Below are positions 38,452 to 52,240 of a DNA stretch of 64,000 nt, one piece after another. The position numbers and the translations under genes are program-made. This DNA is from Antedon mediterranea. Its lineage: Eukaryota > Animalia > Echinodermata. The stretch covers positions 15,460,101-15,524,100 of the forward strand of contig NC_092677.1 in the NCBI RefSeq assembly GCF_964355755.1. The letters run 5' to 3'. Under the pieces are notes generated by a model. That model saw only the letters and a program-made list of their open reading frames with translations. It had not been told where the DNA came from and did not search any database. Every line of letters starts with the position of its first letter. Positions within the stretch are counted from its first letter, which is position 1.

Positions 38452-40568
38452 CAGTAGAATTCAATACATTTTGTAACTCAAACGGCCCTGTGAGTCACGG
38501 AACGGTTAAGAAAATGAAACCGTTAAACGTAGCCATATTATCGGAATTCGGTCCATGGTTCAAGTCTTTTCGTCCACCAGTGTACAAAAAATGCTCATGT
38601 CTAATTTAAAGAACCTTGTACATCTTGTACAACAATCAGGGGTTACTCGGGTGTCCTAGTCCACACAGCCACGGTCACACAATCCACTACTTAAAATTAG
38701 GCCGTCTAGTAGGCCTCACAGTTCCGTAAAAATCAAATTGTTGATTGTGAAGCTTGCGACGAAGCAGATGAAGTTATTATGTGTTTATGTTCAATATTTA
38801 TTTATTTATTTATATTTCTTCTTAACGCCGTTCCGCCTCAGCCGCTCTGTTTATTTCCGCTGTAAAGTTTCTCGAAAGTTTTCTGTAATGCTATGTTCTT
38901 TTTTTCTGTTGGTCCATTGCGGTTTTGAATTTTGTTGGTAGTGTCCATACAATACGTCCACTTATCGTATCGTTCTATACCTGGGATATCTGAATTTGCT
39001 TGCTGTTATTCAGTCATTCGTTTAAGTTCTCTGACATTAGTTTTCTTCTTCATCCTTGTTTTGATTGGTCATGTTTCGTTTGTGTTTTGGGTTTGTTTGG
39101 AAATTAGAACTGAACTGTTCCGAGGAGCTGGAGCGGCGTCACTCGCTCCACCAACAAACTCCACCAACAACCAACTATGTAAAATATTTATATTATTTAA
39201 AAAAAATAATGTACACCTCGAAATGAAAATGGTTTACACGTAAGATAAAACACTGTAAAATTTACACATTGAATTAACTATGTAAATAAGAATATATAAC
39301 ACAAATAAACATTATTAACGTAGGTCTACACATTTTTTCACTTTAGATTTATATATCCTTATTAAATGCAATTATATACCGTAGCCATTGTGTCAATGAT
39401 TAGACCTACGTAATCTAAATAGTCTTACACTAGGTTATAAATTAATTATTTATTATTAGAATGATAAATATTGTTTTGTTTCACAAATATATATTTCTTA
39501 TGTGTATATTTCAATTTGTAAAAAATTTAGTGAAATTGGAATTGTTTACAACAACAAATTGTAAAGGCAATGATATCATAATCGCAATCTTGTGTAACTT
39601 TTGAAAATCTAGTATTTCCCATGAAATGTTAGACCATTTACAATATCACTAGTAAACTTTCTCCAAATAAAAAATCTTGATTAACTTAAATAAGCTGGCT
39701 TCTGTAGATATTATTTAGTTCCCAATAAGCACCGGTGCCCCTCCAGAAGCTACCTCCTCAACTAACCAACAAGTCATTCGGAGTTACTTCAACGGCGGTA
39801 GAGGATCGAGTTTTTTAACCGTAGATTCCAGGAGTGGTATTTGCTATATAACGAGGATTACCGCTTTTAGTTCACAGCAACGACGATGCCGGGCAGCATT
39901 TTTTTCCTATCCAATTATGCCAGAAATCATGAATAATTCATTATCTTAAATATTACTGAACCGAACCCTCTAAATAATCTCTCTCAACTATTGAAAAAAA
40001 AAACATTTTCTTGAAAGCCCTCCCGTGTAATAGGTTAAAGTCTTTACCACTAGACCAATCACAAATTATTTAATCTCTCTGCATGCTTATATAGCGCCCT
40101 CTATAGTCATCATTATTGGATAGGAAAAAAATAATTCTGCCGGGCACCCAGCAGTCAAATGCAAACCCCTGATGCAATGGCGTGTACAATACAATAGGGA
40201 CTTTACGAAACACGACGGGAAGCCACAGGACAGTGCTCATGAATTATTTATGCGTGAGCTTTAACAAAGTGGGCGGAGCTTAGCGTGAAATTTTGAAATT
40301 TTTAGGACGATACATTTGCCATTTTTCTGTTTACGAAGAACGACTAAAAATAATGTATATATAACCTTAAATATACAGTTTAAATTAAACTTAAACGTAA
40401 ATTTAAAAAAATCTAAATACTATTTGAACTTCCAATTTAATTGTTTAATGAAATAACCTTTTTATTGGGTTAAAATGACTTTATTAAAAGCGGCGTTTGA
40501 ATGCGAGGCCACTAGGAAGGCTAGGCCTATGCTATATTACCAGAACCAAGCAATTCAGAAGAGCCCTG

Positions 40569-41861
40569 TTACAACCGCTAATGTAGAAAACGCCAGCTAA
40601 TGTCGAAACAACCACTAATGTAGTAACGAAAATTGCCCACCAGCTAATGTAGTTACTATCGCCAGCTAATGTAGAAAATATTATATATTTTACAAACCTA
40701 TTATAATTCATGTGCAAATACATCTCTTTACTTTAGCTATCTCGTAAACGACCGCCTTCCAAAACGCGGCCATCTCGTAAGCGACCATACATCGTAAGCA
40801 ACCACCCTCGTTAGCAACCATCTCTATTGAACGACCACCATCTCTAAGGGACCGCTTCTCATATCTAACCACCTCTCGTAAGTCCACCTCTTTTGAAGGA
40901 CAACCAACTCTTGTAAGGAACCGCTTTCATAATCGACCGCCTCTAGTAAGCGACCACCTCTTTTAAGGGACCACAACCTCCCTCTCTCTCTCTCTCTCGT
41001 AAGAAACCACTTCTCATTATCGACCACATCCAGTAACGATCACTTCTTGTAAATGAACACCTCTATTGAATGACCACCGTCTCTGTTAAGAGACCACTTC
41101 TCATAATAAAACACCTCTCGTAAGTGATCACCTCCTCTCATAAGGGACCCATATTCATAATCGATCACCTCTCATAAGCGACCACCTTTCTTAACGACCA
41201 CACCTCTATTAAGTAACTACCTCTTTTATGGGACCCCAATTCTAGTAAGGAACCGCTTTTCATAATCGACCACTTCTCGTAAGTGATCACCTCTTTTAAG
41301 GGACAACAACCTTTCTCTCTGACGAGGTGTGGTCGTTAAGAGAGGAAGTAGTCGTTAGAAGAGTGGTCGATTATGAGAAGCGGTTCCTTAACAGAGATGG
41401 TGGTCGTTTAATACGAGATGTCGTTGTTGCGGGAGATGGTCGATTATGAGAAGCGGTCCCTTAAGAGAGATAGTGGTCCCTTAAGAGAACTTGTGGTCCT
41501 ATAAAGTGGTCGTCACTTACAATAGGTGTGGTCGTTAAAAGAAGTTGTCGGTTACGAGAGGTGGTCCTAAAAGAGGTGGTCGTTCAATAGAGGTGGTCAC
41601 TTACGACAGGTGGTCGTTACGGGAGGTTCTCGAGAAGCCAACCCTTAAGAGAGGTGGTTTTTTACGATGTACTACGGTCTGTTTTTTGGAAGGTGGTCAC
41701 ATAGGAGATGTCACCTTTTTGAGAGTCGGTCGCTTACGAAGGGTGGATAGACTGATAGGTAAGTAAGGAGATGCATTTGAACAGGATTTAGACAAATATA
41801 TAATATTGTCTCATTAGCTGGCGATAGTAACTACATTAGGTTGGAGGCAATTTGTGTTACT

Positions 41862-41933
<72 letters not shown>

Positions 41934-42119
41934 GGATTTTTATAGCGCACATACCACTCAGAGTGCTCAAGGCGCATTCAAAAATAAAAACAAATCATAC
42001 ATTAGCTGTTGACCGTTCTACATTAGCTGGTGTTGATTTTGTATTTACTACATAAGCTGTTTCTACATAAGCTGTTTCTACATTATCTGGAGGTTTTACT
42101 GCATTAGCAGCGGTTGTAA
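40569..42119. mobile_element. Foldback-type element with long imperfect TIRs built of subrepeats
   Basis: TTACAACCGCT...AGCGGTTGTAA ends; outer CCAGCTAATGTAG repeats; inner CGACCACCTCTCGTAAG repeats on the left (40740-41320) mirrored on the right (41325-41745). Confidence 0.7.
41866..41990 (-). mobile_element. L2-like LINE 3' end with (TAA)n tail
   Basis: Minus strand GCGCCTTGAGC...GCGCTATAAAAA followed by ~21 TTA units; resembles the tail at 35631-35698. Confidence 0.65.
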
Positions 42120-42779
42120 GGCGCCACGAGACAGGGAAGGAGAGACTGCCGGTCGTCATCTTCGCGCAAGGGTACGTAACTAGTAAAGCGGCTTCGTTGA
42201 CTGTATATGATTTTACACTTTAGCGAACACAGGATATTCCTCGTCCTTTTCTAACCGTCGTGTTTCGTAAAGTCCATAATAATCAGGCACTATATTAATT
42301 TTTATTCTGTAGATTTTGCTTCAATTTACAACAAAACGCCATTAGGCCTACTAAACATATTTTTATGTATTCTTCTTGATTTAAGCAATAGCAAACAGCC
42401 AATAATTTACTTCAGTTAATTCGCATAATTCTAATTTTTTTCTAAATCAACTTTACACAGTCAACTATGTTCTCTGATAAGTTATGGGTTTACTTTAAAA
42501 AAAAAAATCAATTAGATATTTGCTAAAGTGGCAAAAAGTAACGTAAATTCGTATATTTCAAATCACTCATGTATGTAGTGTTTGTGTATTACGTAACGTT
42601 TGGCCAAAGCTCCAGTGATAAAACATGTTTTGCAGAAATTGTATATTGTTAATGGATGGATGTGATGTTTGTGTGTTATCTACAACTGACTACTGAAAGC
42701 CAACGCGAGTATCAAAATGAAAAAAATTGTACTTGAAAATGTAAAGGTCCAGAGTTCAATCCTGACCTTGTGCCAGGGT

Positions 42780-43540
42780 TATAACTAACAAAGTTACAAA
42801 CTGGGTTGTGTTCGTAAATGGTTCTTCATTAGATGAAACAACAGAGGTAACTTCACGTTTTATTGATTTCTGTGTCAATTATGCTATTAAGGAGAGGCAA
42901 AATGTACCCTAACAAAAAACCTTGGCTTAATGCAAGGTTAAAGAAATTCATTAAAAGAAAGCATGAATGCATCGAGAATATGAATAGAAAGCAAATACAG
43001 AAAGAGATGGAAGTGTCACAATTCAAGAGAAAGTTTGGAAGAAAGATTGAAGACAAGTTCCAAACTGGTAGGCCTAATAGCAAATAGCAATAATGTATGG
43101 GACAGTATAAAGGAAATGACAGGTTATGGTAAAAAGTGTGCCACAGTTACGAAAACTGATGACAAAAAATATGGACTGTGATCTTAATTTATTTTATTTA
43201 CGTTTTGATGGTCAAGATATTAATAACGATAGGTGTCAAATTAAAAATAATATTAAAGAAAGTATGTGCGGTAAAATTGTTACAATAGGGAATTTAAGCA
43301 GATGTTGAATGTGTTAAAAAAAAGTAAATCCAAGAAAAGCAGATGGCTCAGATGGCGTCAGTGGTAAAATAAATTAAGGAATGTAATTTGCAATTATACC
43401 ATGTTTTTGCTATTCTCTATAACTGGTCACTTAGATTACATGAGGTACCTACTATTTTAAAAACGCTGACTGATACGTCCACTGGCAAAAAGTAGTAATC
43501 AAAAAACGCTAAATGACCATAGACCTATTGCTCTCACAGT
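42780..43540 (+). mobile_element. Degraded LINE ORF2 fragment, Rex1/Babar-like
   Basis: YPNKKPWLNARLKKFIKRK, LNLFYLRFD, NPRKADGSDGVSG and NDHRPIALT motifs across frameshifts. Confidence 0.7.
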
Positions 43541-44015
43541 GGTGAACGATCCTTTCAGGAGTAAGGAATGGTTTTCGTGAGGGTTAATTTTGAATGTTAA
43601 AGAGGTAGGCTATAAAAATGATTACCATAGTTCAGTCACGTGTGGTGTTTTGTAGGTCCAGGTGACGATCAACGACACATTGATTAAAATTACCTACAAT
43701 AGTAGATATTCGTGAAACTTATTATTATTCTGCTTTTCAAAACATGTTTTATATATAATTACGTAAACGAATATCAAATAAACCGTTAGAAATAAGTAGT
43801 TTTAAACTACTGTATATACAAAACAAAATAATCATAATAATTGTTATATTTATTTGAAGAGAAAATGATTATTACTTACACAGAAACTATCATTGGGCTA
43901 AATACATAATTTGATTATGATTTCTTTCCACATCTAAATATATTATAATAGTAAAACGAATCAAAATATTAGAGAAAGTAATAAAACAGAATTACATTTC
44001 TTAAACATTGTGTAT

Positions 44016-44202
44016 GCGTGGTTCCCACTAAAACGCAACGCAGCGATGTATTGGTGCAAAGTGCAGTATTGTGTATAATCCCAATTGGGAACCGACGACG
44101 CAACAGTGCTACAAACATCGCAGGTTTTATTTCACGCAGGCGGGAGCGGCATTTTCTTACGATGCGTATGTTACATTACGTTTCGTCGCTAGTGAACTAG
44201 CT
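44016..44202. mobile_element. Degenerate Harbinger-like MITE
   Basis: GCGTGGTTCCCACTA..ACGCAACG at left and CGTTTCGTCGCTAGTGAACTAGC at right form imperfect TIRs. Confidence 0.4.
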
Positions 44203-45039
44203 TCAGGTGAAAATCAATATTATGATACACGAATCGGAATCGATATTTACTTTAATTTAATGTGAAGTTCTCGATTTGCGTACTTACTTTATATTTATAA
44301 TTACTTATTACACAATTCATCATTCTGCTTCTCCAAAATGGGATTTCGTAAACGTTAATTAAGTAGATGAGACTACATACAATAACAAAATAATTATATC
44401 TGTATTGTGATGTGAGGAGAAAATAGTTAGTACGTACACGAGATTTATATTACTGGCTTACTTTAAATTTGGTTTTTGATTACTTTCTAAATTATTCTTC
44501 ATTGGTAATACGTAGAACAAATCAAAATCTTTGTATATGGGTAAAAAGAAAGGAAAAGTACATTTCTTTAAACCAAAGCAATAATATTATGATACACGAA
44601 AGGGAATGATTGGTCTATAACCACGATGAAGCAATTATCATCAGTATATTTACGTCAGATAGATAAATGTACCATTATTAGGTTCTGCATCTCGTACGTA
44701 CTTATTTTTCACATCTTTTATGCATAATAGAAGTTTCCTAATTTCCTTCATTGGTAAGAACATTTTTATTTGTTATTGTTAAACAATTAAATGTAATGGT
44801 TGACAAAATACACTACGTATTAACGGCTGCTGGGTATGGCTGCAAATATTTGGTCAGCTTAATTCTTATTGTTTCAAGTTTGTGACAAAGTACAAGAGGA
44901 AAAATCACTTAAAACTGTTTAAAATGCAAAATTTATTTTACATAATACCGACTATTTTAATAACTTTATAAATAGATCTTATGCAAACTGATAAAGTTTG
45001 GGAATTATTAATACATTTATTCAATAGTATGTAGTATTT

Positions 45040-45217
45040 ATATACATGGCTGCAGTCGCGTGCTCAAATTTGGGTTAATGTTTATTTTTTATTTATTTTT
45101 TATTTATTTATTTTATTTCCAAACCCAACCAACAGCAACATAAACCATGGAGGGTTATTACCGACCGACCAACCGACCAACATAATGAGCTGTATAATGG
45201 CGTTTGCACGCGACTAA
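45040..45217 (+). mobile_element. Short Helentron/HINE-type element; related reverse fragment at ~60490-60573
   Basis: AGTCGCGTG near the 5' end, CCGA microsatellite, CACGCGACTAA at the 3' end; ATACATGGCTGCAGTCGCGTGCTCAA recurs inverted near 60540-60565. Confidence 0.6.
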
Positions 45218-46828
45218 TACTACAATTATTATAAAGTTTAATAGTACTAACAAAATAATTAGTTCTCTTTTTATATGCGAAAAAGGCAAATCTTACCAGG
45301 TTATTGATTACTTTTTTTCTTTTTGTTTTTCATTAGTAAAATAAACTTTGTAGTTGTAGTACTAAAGCAAAGAGTCATTTTCAACCTCGTTACATTTGCA
45401 AACTTTACAGATTCGTTTTTCCCTTTTAATTCCTATTCATCTTCCTTTTCGTTTTCAAGATCTAAAATTCCTAATCTTAACTTAGTCAAGTTTTGAATAT
45501 CAATATGAAAATCTTCTAATTTAAAATCAGTCTTAATTTCTTTGTAATATTTCAACCTTGAAGAAAGCGTAATTTCCTCGTTAAGTTTTTGCTTAAATGG
45601 CCATGACTGGATCCAAAGGTTAAGTAATCATCTATGCATTGTGTTTGCCTTCTTCACTCCCTGAAACCCAATTATTTTAAGATAAACTATTAAACAATTG
45701 GGAGAGTAAAATGTAATGAATGGGTGAAGCAGTATAAACTATTATTCTGGATTTTGGTGATTTTGTGTATCGTTTATCCAACTTCCAGAAATTTCCAAAA
45801 ATTGCCAAATTGGCGATTCTTTTCTGTCAACGTACAACCACGTTCTTGACATAGTTGTGTAGTGTGACAAACTTTATATGAAAGAAAAATGTGATATGCC
45901 CATTTTGGGCATATCACCACCATATTCGGGCACTTCACACTTTTTTTAGTCAAACTAGATTGACAGTGTAGACAGAGATTTGAATAATAATGAGAGCATA
46001 TTATTATTAGCGCATAATTGATTTTTTTAAAGTTCATAATAATAATAACATTTCAGTATGTCACCGGGCGGTTTAGAATTAATGTTCTATGCCTGATGTG
46101 TTTTATTCACGAAGAAGCGGGATCTCTGAAAGAATACTTTTTTATATATAAACATCACAGAAAGATGAGGGCGTATCAATTTGATCTCCGGTGCGCGTGC
46201 GTACAACTGAGGGATTATTAGTGCTGTTCCATCGTACACCGCCGAAAATGTTCTTCCAAAATATAACTTAACCTAACCTTATAAATCTCCCTCATTATGA
46301 AGGAATTCAAACCCCGTACATAGACATAGCCCTGCACTTAGCGAATTGAATTATTCATGTTTTCTACATCTCTTCTCTACATCTGCTCCTTGTCTTATTT
46401 AGATCACCAAATACATAAGGCTTGTGTAGTCCATGGGCTATAATATCTACAAGGTTCACGGGAAATTGACATCTTTTCATGCTTGTTGCTCAGTTACGAG
46501 TGAGCCGGCCGCGATTTTTTTTTCGTACATAAGTTTGGGATCCCTCATGAAACGTCACAAAATAAACATGAATAATTCATCAGTTAAGTTTGTTGTTCCG
46601 TGTGTACCCAAGCGTATAGCAACACGAAGTGATTACACAACTGCGATACGATTCTAGACAAGACATTCAACTAAGTAGTAATTGACATAGCCCAAAGAAA
46701 GCTTAGACCCACAAGAATAAAGAATTTATTTTTGTGTAAGATTTATTGTTTAATTTTGCTGACTTATTACTCGGACTGTGTCATACCTAACACACACACG
46801 TCACACAGACTACTAGAATAGACATGGG

Positions 46829-47824
46829 TGTTATATCTTATGTGTATTTATTGCATCTTTCATTGTGTGTACAACGTACTGTATACATACAGATTACCAA
46901 CCATGTGGTTATATCGATCTCCCTTAACCCATAATGCCTTGCTTTCCCTTAGTCTCCCAATCCAGACACTACATCTTCCCCCTTCTTTAGCTAAAACTCA
47001 CAACCCAATTAACTCCATACAATATGATATTCATTTTGGTTTTTTTTTTAACTTTAACAAAACAATTTAACTTTAAACTTTAAATCAAATATCATCATAC
47101 ATGCATATTATACATGTTTTCCTTTTTCTAGCAATTTTAGTCTCAGTCTATTTGATTTGCATTTTTCAATAACATGGTCTCTAATTAACTCATCAACATT
47201 CGCATCATCAAATTCACATTTTGCAGCATGCTGCCTCAATATGTTTATAAATTGGTGAATAGTTTCGTCATCACCTTGCGTCAGTTTTCTAAAACAATAA
47301 CGCTCATACGGTACGTTGGTTTTCATAGCAAATTGTTTATTTAATGTGTTTACAACAACATCATACTCATTTGTTCCGTTCTCCTCTGTTAAACAGTCAT
47401 ATATGTCCTGTACAGACATTCCGGCGCAATGCAATAACAAAGCTTTCTTTTGGTTTTTGTCTACTACTCCTTTACCAGTAGCATATAATTCAAAACTGCG
47501 AAGCCATTTCTTCCACCGTTCAGCCGAAGCGTGCACATCGTGTGGATCATACGCAGCGATTCCAGTGATTTCAACGTTCACAGCGGTCATCGTTACAACA
47601 GTATTAAAATAAATATATCGCCAAAAATTACAGTATTAAAACTTCTAATCACTTGTGGTTCGATATTCTCCTTAACTCGTCGCCAATGTTATATCTTATG
47701 TGTATTTATTGCATCTTTCATTGTGTGTACAACGTACTGTATACATACAGATTACCAACCATGTGGTTATATCGATCTCCCTTAACCCATAATGCCTTGC
47801 TTTCCCTTAGTCTCCCAATCTACA
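46829..47824 (-). mobile_element. Internally deleted Gypsy-type LTR retrotransposon (996 bp)
   Basis: TG...CA LTRs at 46829-46973 and 47687-47824; TSD ATGGG; PBS TGGCGACGAG and PPT AAAGAAGGGGGAAGA on the minus strand. Confidence 0.92.
47108..47590 (-). CDS. gag: Truncated Gypsy Gag (N-terminal 160 aa)
   Basis: WKKWLRSFELY...KKALLLHCAG...ERYCFRKLTQ..ETIHQF..LRQHAAKCEF is a typical Gypsy Gag pattern, located between PBS and PPT. Confidence 0.8.
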   Translation of the reverse strand: MTAVNVEITGIAAYDPHDVHASAERWKKWLRSFELYATGKGVVDKNQKKALLLHCAGMSVQDIYDCLTEENGTNEYDVVVNTLNKQFAMKTNVPYERYCFRKLTQGDDETIHQFINILRQHAAKCEFDDANVDELIRDHVIEKCKSNRLRLKLLEKGKHV

Positions 47825-48065
47825 ATGGGCTTTAGAGACTAACAATTAGGCCTAATAGTATTAATAGAAACAGCCAGACAAAACTTTGCAGCTAGTAAAA
47901 CAAAGAAACTCACAGAAAGTGGAGAGAAAAATGCAGAAAAAAAAAGAAAAAAGGTCAGATTCTGTAAATAAGGCGTAAATTTTTTGAAAATTAACTGTAT
48001 GAAAAAGAATATTTAAGGTAATAAATATGTGTATAAAATTAAGATGTAACTAAAAAAACACTATT

Positions 48066-51000
48066 ATGAATTGGCTTCATTGTATCACCCTCAACGTTAG
48101 AGGGATTAGATCAAAAGATAAAGTGAAAAAAGTATTTCAATGGTGTAAAGACCAAAAAACAGATTCTTTTACAGGAAACACATTTAACAAATGAATTAAT
48201 CAATAAGTCTTTTTTTAATTGGGAAGGAGAAGCCATACACAGTGTTGGTAGTTCACATAGTAGAGGTGTTTCTGTCCTAATTAGAAAATAATTAGAAAAG
48301 ATTTAGAATGTAGCGTTATTAAATTTTTAATTGATAAAGACGGAAGATATATTTTTATAAAAGTGCTTGTACATGGAAAGCCACTTATTATTATTAACGT
48401 ATATGCGCCAAATTAATGTAAAAATAGAAGTACATTCTTCAGAAATATTCATAAAATTTATAAAAATTTTAATGATGAGAGTTGTAAAAAGGTTATCATG
48501 GGAGGAGACATGAACTGTATTTTAGATATAGATGTAGACCAAAAAGGAAGTGTAAATAAAATAGATAAATCTGTAATTACTCTTAAAAATCTAATAAAAA
48601 ATTTAAAGTTGATAGATGGTTGGAGAACAATAAATCCAAACAAAATGCAGTTCACATGGCGACAAAAACTAAAAAGTAATTATCGTAGGTTAGATTACTG
48701 GTTTATATCAGAAGATTTAGTAATAAATGGGGATATTATGTTTGTGATATACGCCCGACGTTCTTTTCTGACCACCAAGCGGTCTCTATTAAGTTAGATA
48801 TGCATGAACCAAGACATGGTCCAAGGCTCTGGAAATGTAATAATAGTTATCTGCAAGATAAGACATACACAAATTCAATAAATTACATAATTGAAAAAAC
48901 ATTAGCGAAAAGGCAAATAACTGGAGTTCAGTCATGAAATTGGAAATTATAAAAACGAAAGTTAAAGAATTTTCAATTCAATACGGTAAAGCAAAAAGTA
49001 AAAAACAAAATATAAAAAAAGAAAAATTACAAAAAGAAATAAAAATTCTAGATCAAAACATTATTAATGATTTTAATTATAATGTAGATGTTGAAACTAT
49101 TATGGAAAACAAAAAGAATGAATTAGAAAATATTTATGATGTTGAGGCCAGAGGTGCTCAGATAAGATCGAGGGCTAAATGGATTGAAGAAGGTGAACGT
49201 AGTACATCTTTTTTTCTTGGTCTTGAAAAATCAAACTGTAAAAATAAACAAATTAAGAGCCTGTTAAACAATAATGGAAAGATTGTAACAAAACCAGAAG
49301 ATATACTTGATGTTCAAGTAAAACATTTTAAAAGTTTGTATGAAAGTGTTAAAATATGCCCCAAAAAAATTGATGAATACCTGAAAAAGACAAAAGTGAA
49401 TACACTCACTGATAAAGAGAAAGAGTTATGTGAAGGTAAAATCACTATTGAGGAATGTAAAGGGGCTCTTTTAAGTATGAAGAAAAATAAATCGCCTGGC
49501 TCAGATGGACTAGGTGTAGAATTTTACATTTTCTTTTGGGACGGTGTTGGACAACTGTTATGTGATGCGTTAAATGAATCCTTTGATTCAAAGGAACTTT
49601 CAAACTCACAAAGAAGAGGTGTTATTACCCTTTTATTTAAAAGTGGTGAAACCAAAATTTAAATAACTGGCGTCCAATTACACTCCTAAATACTGATTAT
49701 AAAATTCTTGCCCATGTGTTAAGTTATAGACTACGCAGGGTCATTAAGTCACTAATTGATTCAGACCAAAAGGGTTATATTAAAGATAGGTTTGCGGGGG
49801 AAAATATACGTTTAGCTAAAGATCTACTTTATTATACGGAAGAAAATGATATTGAAGGGGCTATGATGGTTCTTGACTTTAAAAAGGCTTTTGACTCGGT
49901 TAGTAGAGAGTTTATGTTTGCGGTATTAGCAAAATTAAAATTTGGTAATGTGTTTTGTGAATGGGTAAAAATTCTGTATAACAGAGTAGAGAGTGTCACA
50001 ATTAATAATGGATGGGTATCAGAAAACATCAGAATGGAAAGAGGCATTCGGCAAGGGTGTCCGCTATCGGCACTTTTATTTATTCTTGTGGTCGAATGTC
50101 GAAGCTAGAATAAGTCAGTTAGCTGATGACACAATACTTTATGTTGGTAATGAAAAGAGTCTTCATACAGCGGTTAAAACTGTGGAAGAATTTTGTGAAA
50201 TGTCAGGCTTGAAATTAAACAAACATAAATCAAAAGCTATGTGGATGGGTAAATGGAAAAATAGAAGTGATAAACTACTTGATTTATGTTGGGAAAAAAA
50301 GCCGATAAAGATATTAGGAATATATGTGGGATATGATTACAAGACTTGTGAAACTAAAAATTGGAGTGATAAACTGGTTGATTTTGAAAAGATTTTGAAA
50401 TTATGGAGTTCTAGAAATTTAACACTTTATGGGAAAGTAATTATATTGAAGTCACTTGCACTAGCAAAACTTACATACAATGCAAATATTATTACTGTAC
50501 CAAAGTATGTTTATGACATAGTTAACAAACAAAGTTATACATTTTTATGGAGTAAAAAATCTGAAAAAATAAAAAGGAAAACCTTAATTGGAAACCTATA
50601 ACGAAGGTTGAATTAAAATGCCAGATTTTAAATTACATACAAAAGCACTTAATGTCACATGGCTAAAAAGGTTGTTACATGAAGATGAAGCAAAATGGAA
50701 ATTTATTCCAAAATTTTATATTAATAATTTATGTTCAGAAAATATTCTTTTTAACATGACAGATGAAAACCAATTTATACATAAAATGCCTATGTTTTAT
50801 GCATGCATAAAGTATAATAATTGCTGTAAAAGAAGTGTAGACACATATGATGATATAATGAATGAACAGTTGTGGGGTAATAAGTTAATACAACTTAAAA
50901 ACCAATCACTATGTTATAAACATTGGATTGAATGTGGCATTATTTTAGTGAAGGATATTATAAAAGAAAATAGATTCATAACTTCAAAAGAATTGTTGGT

Positions 51001-52108
51001 AAAATTAAAGTACAAAGCAAACTGGTTAAATGAATACATGTGCTTATTAAAAGCGATACCAATACAATGGAAAACTATAATCAAATACGAGGAAAATTGT
51101 TATTATAATATAACAGAAAATGTCATTAAGAATAGATATAAGGACATCACAACAAAGAGTATTTATCTCTGTTTTGTGGAGGAAATTTTTGTCCCTCCGG
51201 TTTGTCAAGGAAAATGGGAAAAATATTTTCATAATTTTAATATTGATTGGAAGTCATGTTGGTTATCTAAAGTTTGTAAAATGAAAGATAAAAAATTAAT
51301 ACACTTTAATTACAAACTGTTAAATAGAATTTTAGCAACAAACAAAAGGTTGTTTATCTGGAAACTAAAAGATACTAATATATGTGGTAGATGTGGAGAG
51401 GTACAAGATGAGGAGCATATGTTTTTTACTTGTAAATTTATTCAAGGTTTTTGGACAAAAATAGAGATTGTTTGTTTGTTTGTTTGTTGTTGTTGCTTTT
51501 GAAAATCTGGTAATTGGAACAAGAAATATTCTTACTGATTTTATATATACATTTGCTGCTTTCACGGCTTATAAACAAAAGATACTGGCTGATGTTACAA
51601 ATAAAAGTTATTTTAATTTATGGAAATCTTTTAAACAAGGAATTCTATTCAGAATGGAATGTGATATAGTGTATAAAAGAGAGGAAAGCATAAAAAAATG
51701 GGATAAAGGTAAAAAATATTATTTTAGCAATGTAAAAATGTATAATTGTTAAACAATAACAGGCTAAAAACACGAGAAAATATTATTACGACACAATACT
51801 TAGTATTCTAGTATGGTTTCTACCTTACTAGTTTTATTTACTGGTGCTGTATGAGTTAAAGTATATTTTATTTTGTGATGTTGTAATGGCAATTGTGAAC
51901 CTATATTATGTGATGTATACTTTTATATAACTTTTGTCTACTTTTTAAATGCTTTAACTTTTTATATATGTTAAATACTAAAAATAAGAAAAAAAAATAT
52001 TTAAGCTGTAGAGATAGTTTTCTACTGAAACAAAATTGATATAGATTATTGTAACAATTGTAAAGAATGAAATAAAAGTGAGTGAATCTCACAAAAGACA
52101 AAAAAAAA
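48066..52108 (+). mobile_element. Degenerate Tx1/L1-clade LINE ORF2
   Basis: TLNVRG, NVYAP, GGDMNC, RLDYW (APE); KSPGSDGL, DFKKAFDSV, RQGCPLS, QLADD (RT); CGRC...HMFFTC zinc knuckle; frameshifts; AATAAA and A-rich 3' end. Confidence 0.92.
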
Positions 52109-52240
52109 TTAATAGAAACTATAATTTTAACACGTAATTCTTTAGTAATAAATTCTATTAAAAACACCATAAACTAAAAGCTGATTATTTCGACAATCCA
52201 CACAAAACGCCGCAACCACAGCGGAGATAGGCCTAGAATC

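Larger units (their letters stand above)
40196..42277. mobile_element. PIF/Harbinger-like non-autonomous element hosting nested insertions
   Basis: TIR AGGGACTTTACGAAACACGACGG / CCGTCGTGTTTCGTAAAGTCCAT; 3-bp AAT on both sides. Confidence 0.65.

Noticed and set aside
36460-38700. Possible SINE remnants at ~36460-36612 and ~38480-38700
   Set aside because: They share TAAAGAACC and CACACAGCCAC and one has a B-box-like GTTCAAGTC, but boundaries and an A box could not be defined.
41852-42055. Poly-Asn ORF
   Set aside because: Translation of the (TAA)n LINE tail.
45850-45980. MITE remnant related to ~32362-32445 (CTCTGTCTACACT end)
   Set aside because: Only one terminus is recognisable in each copy, too degraded to delimit.
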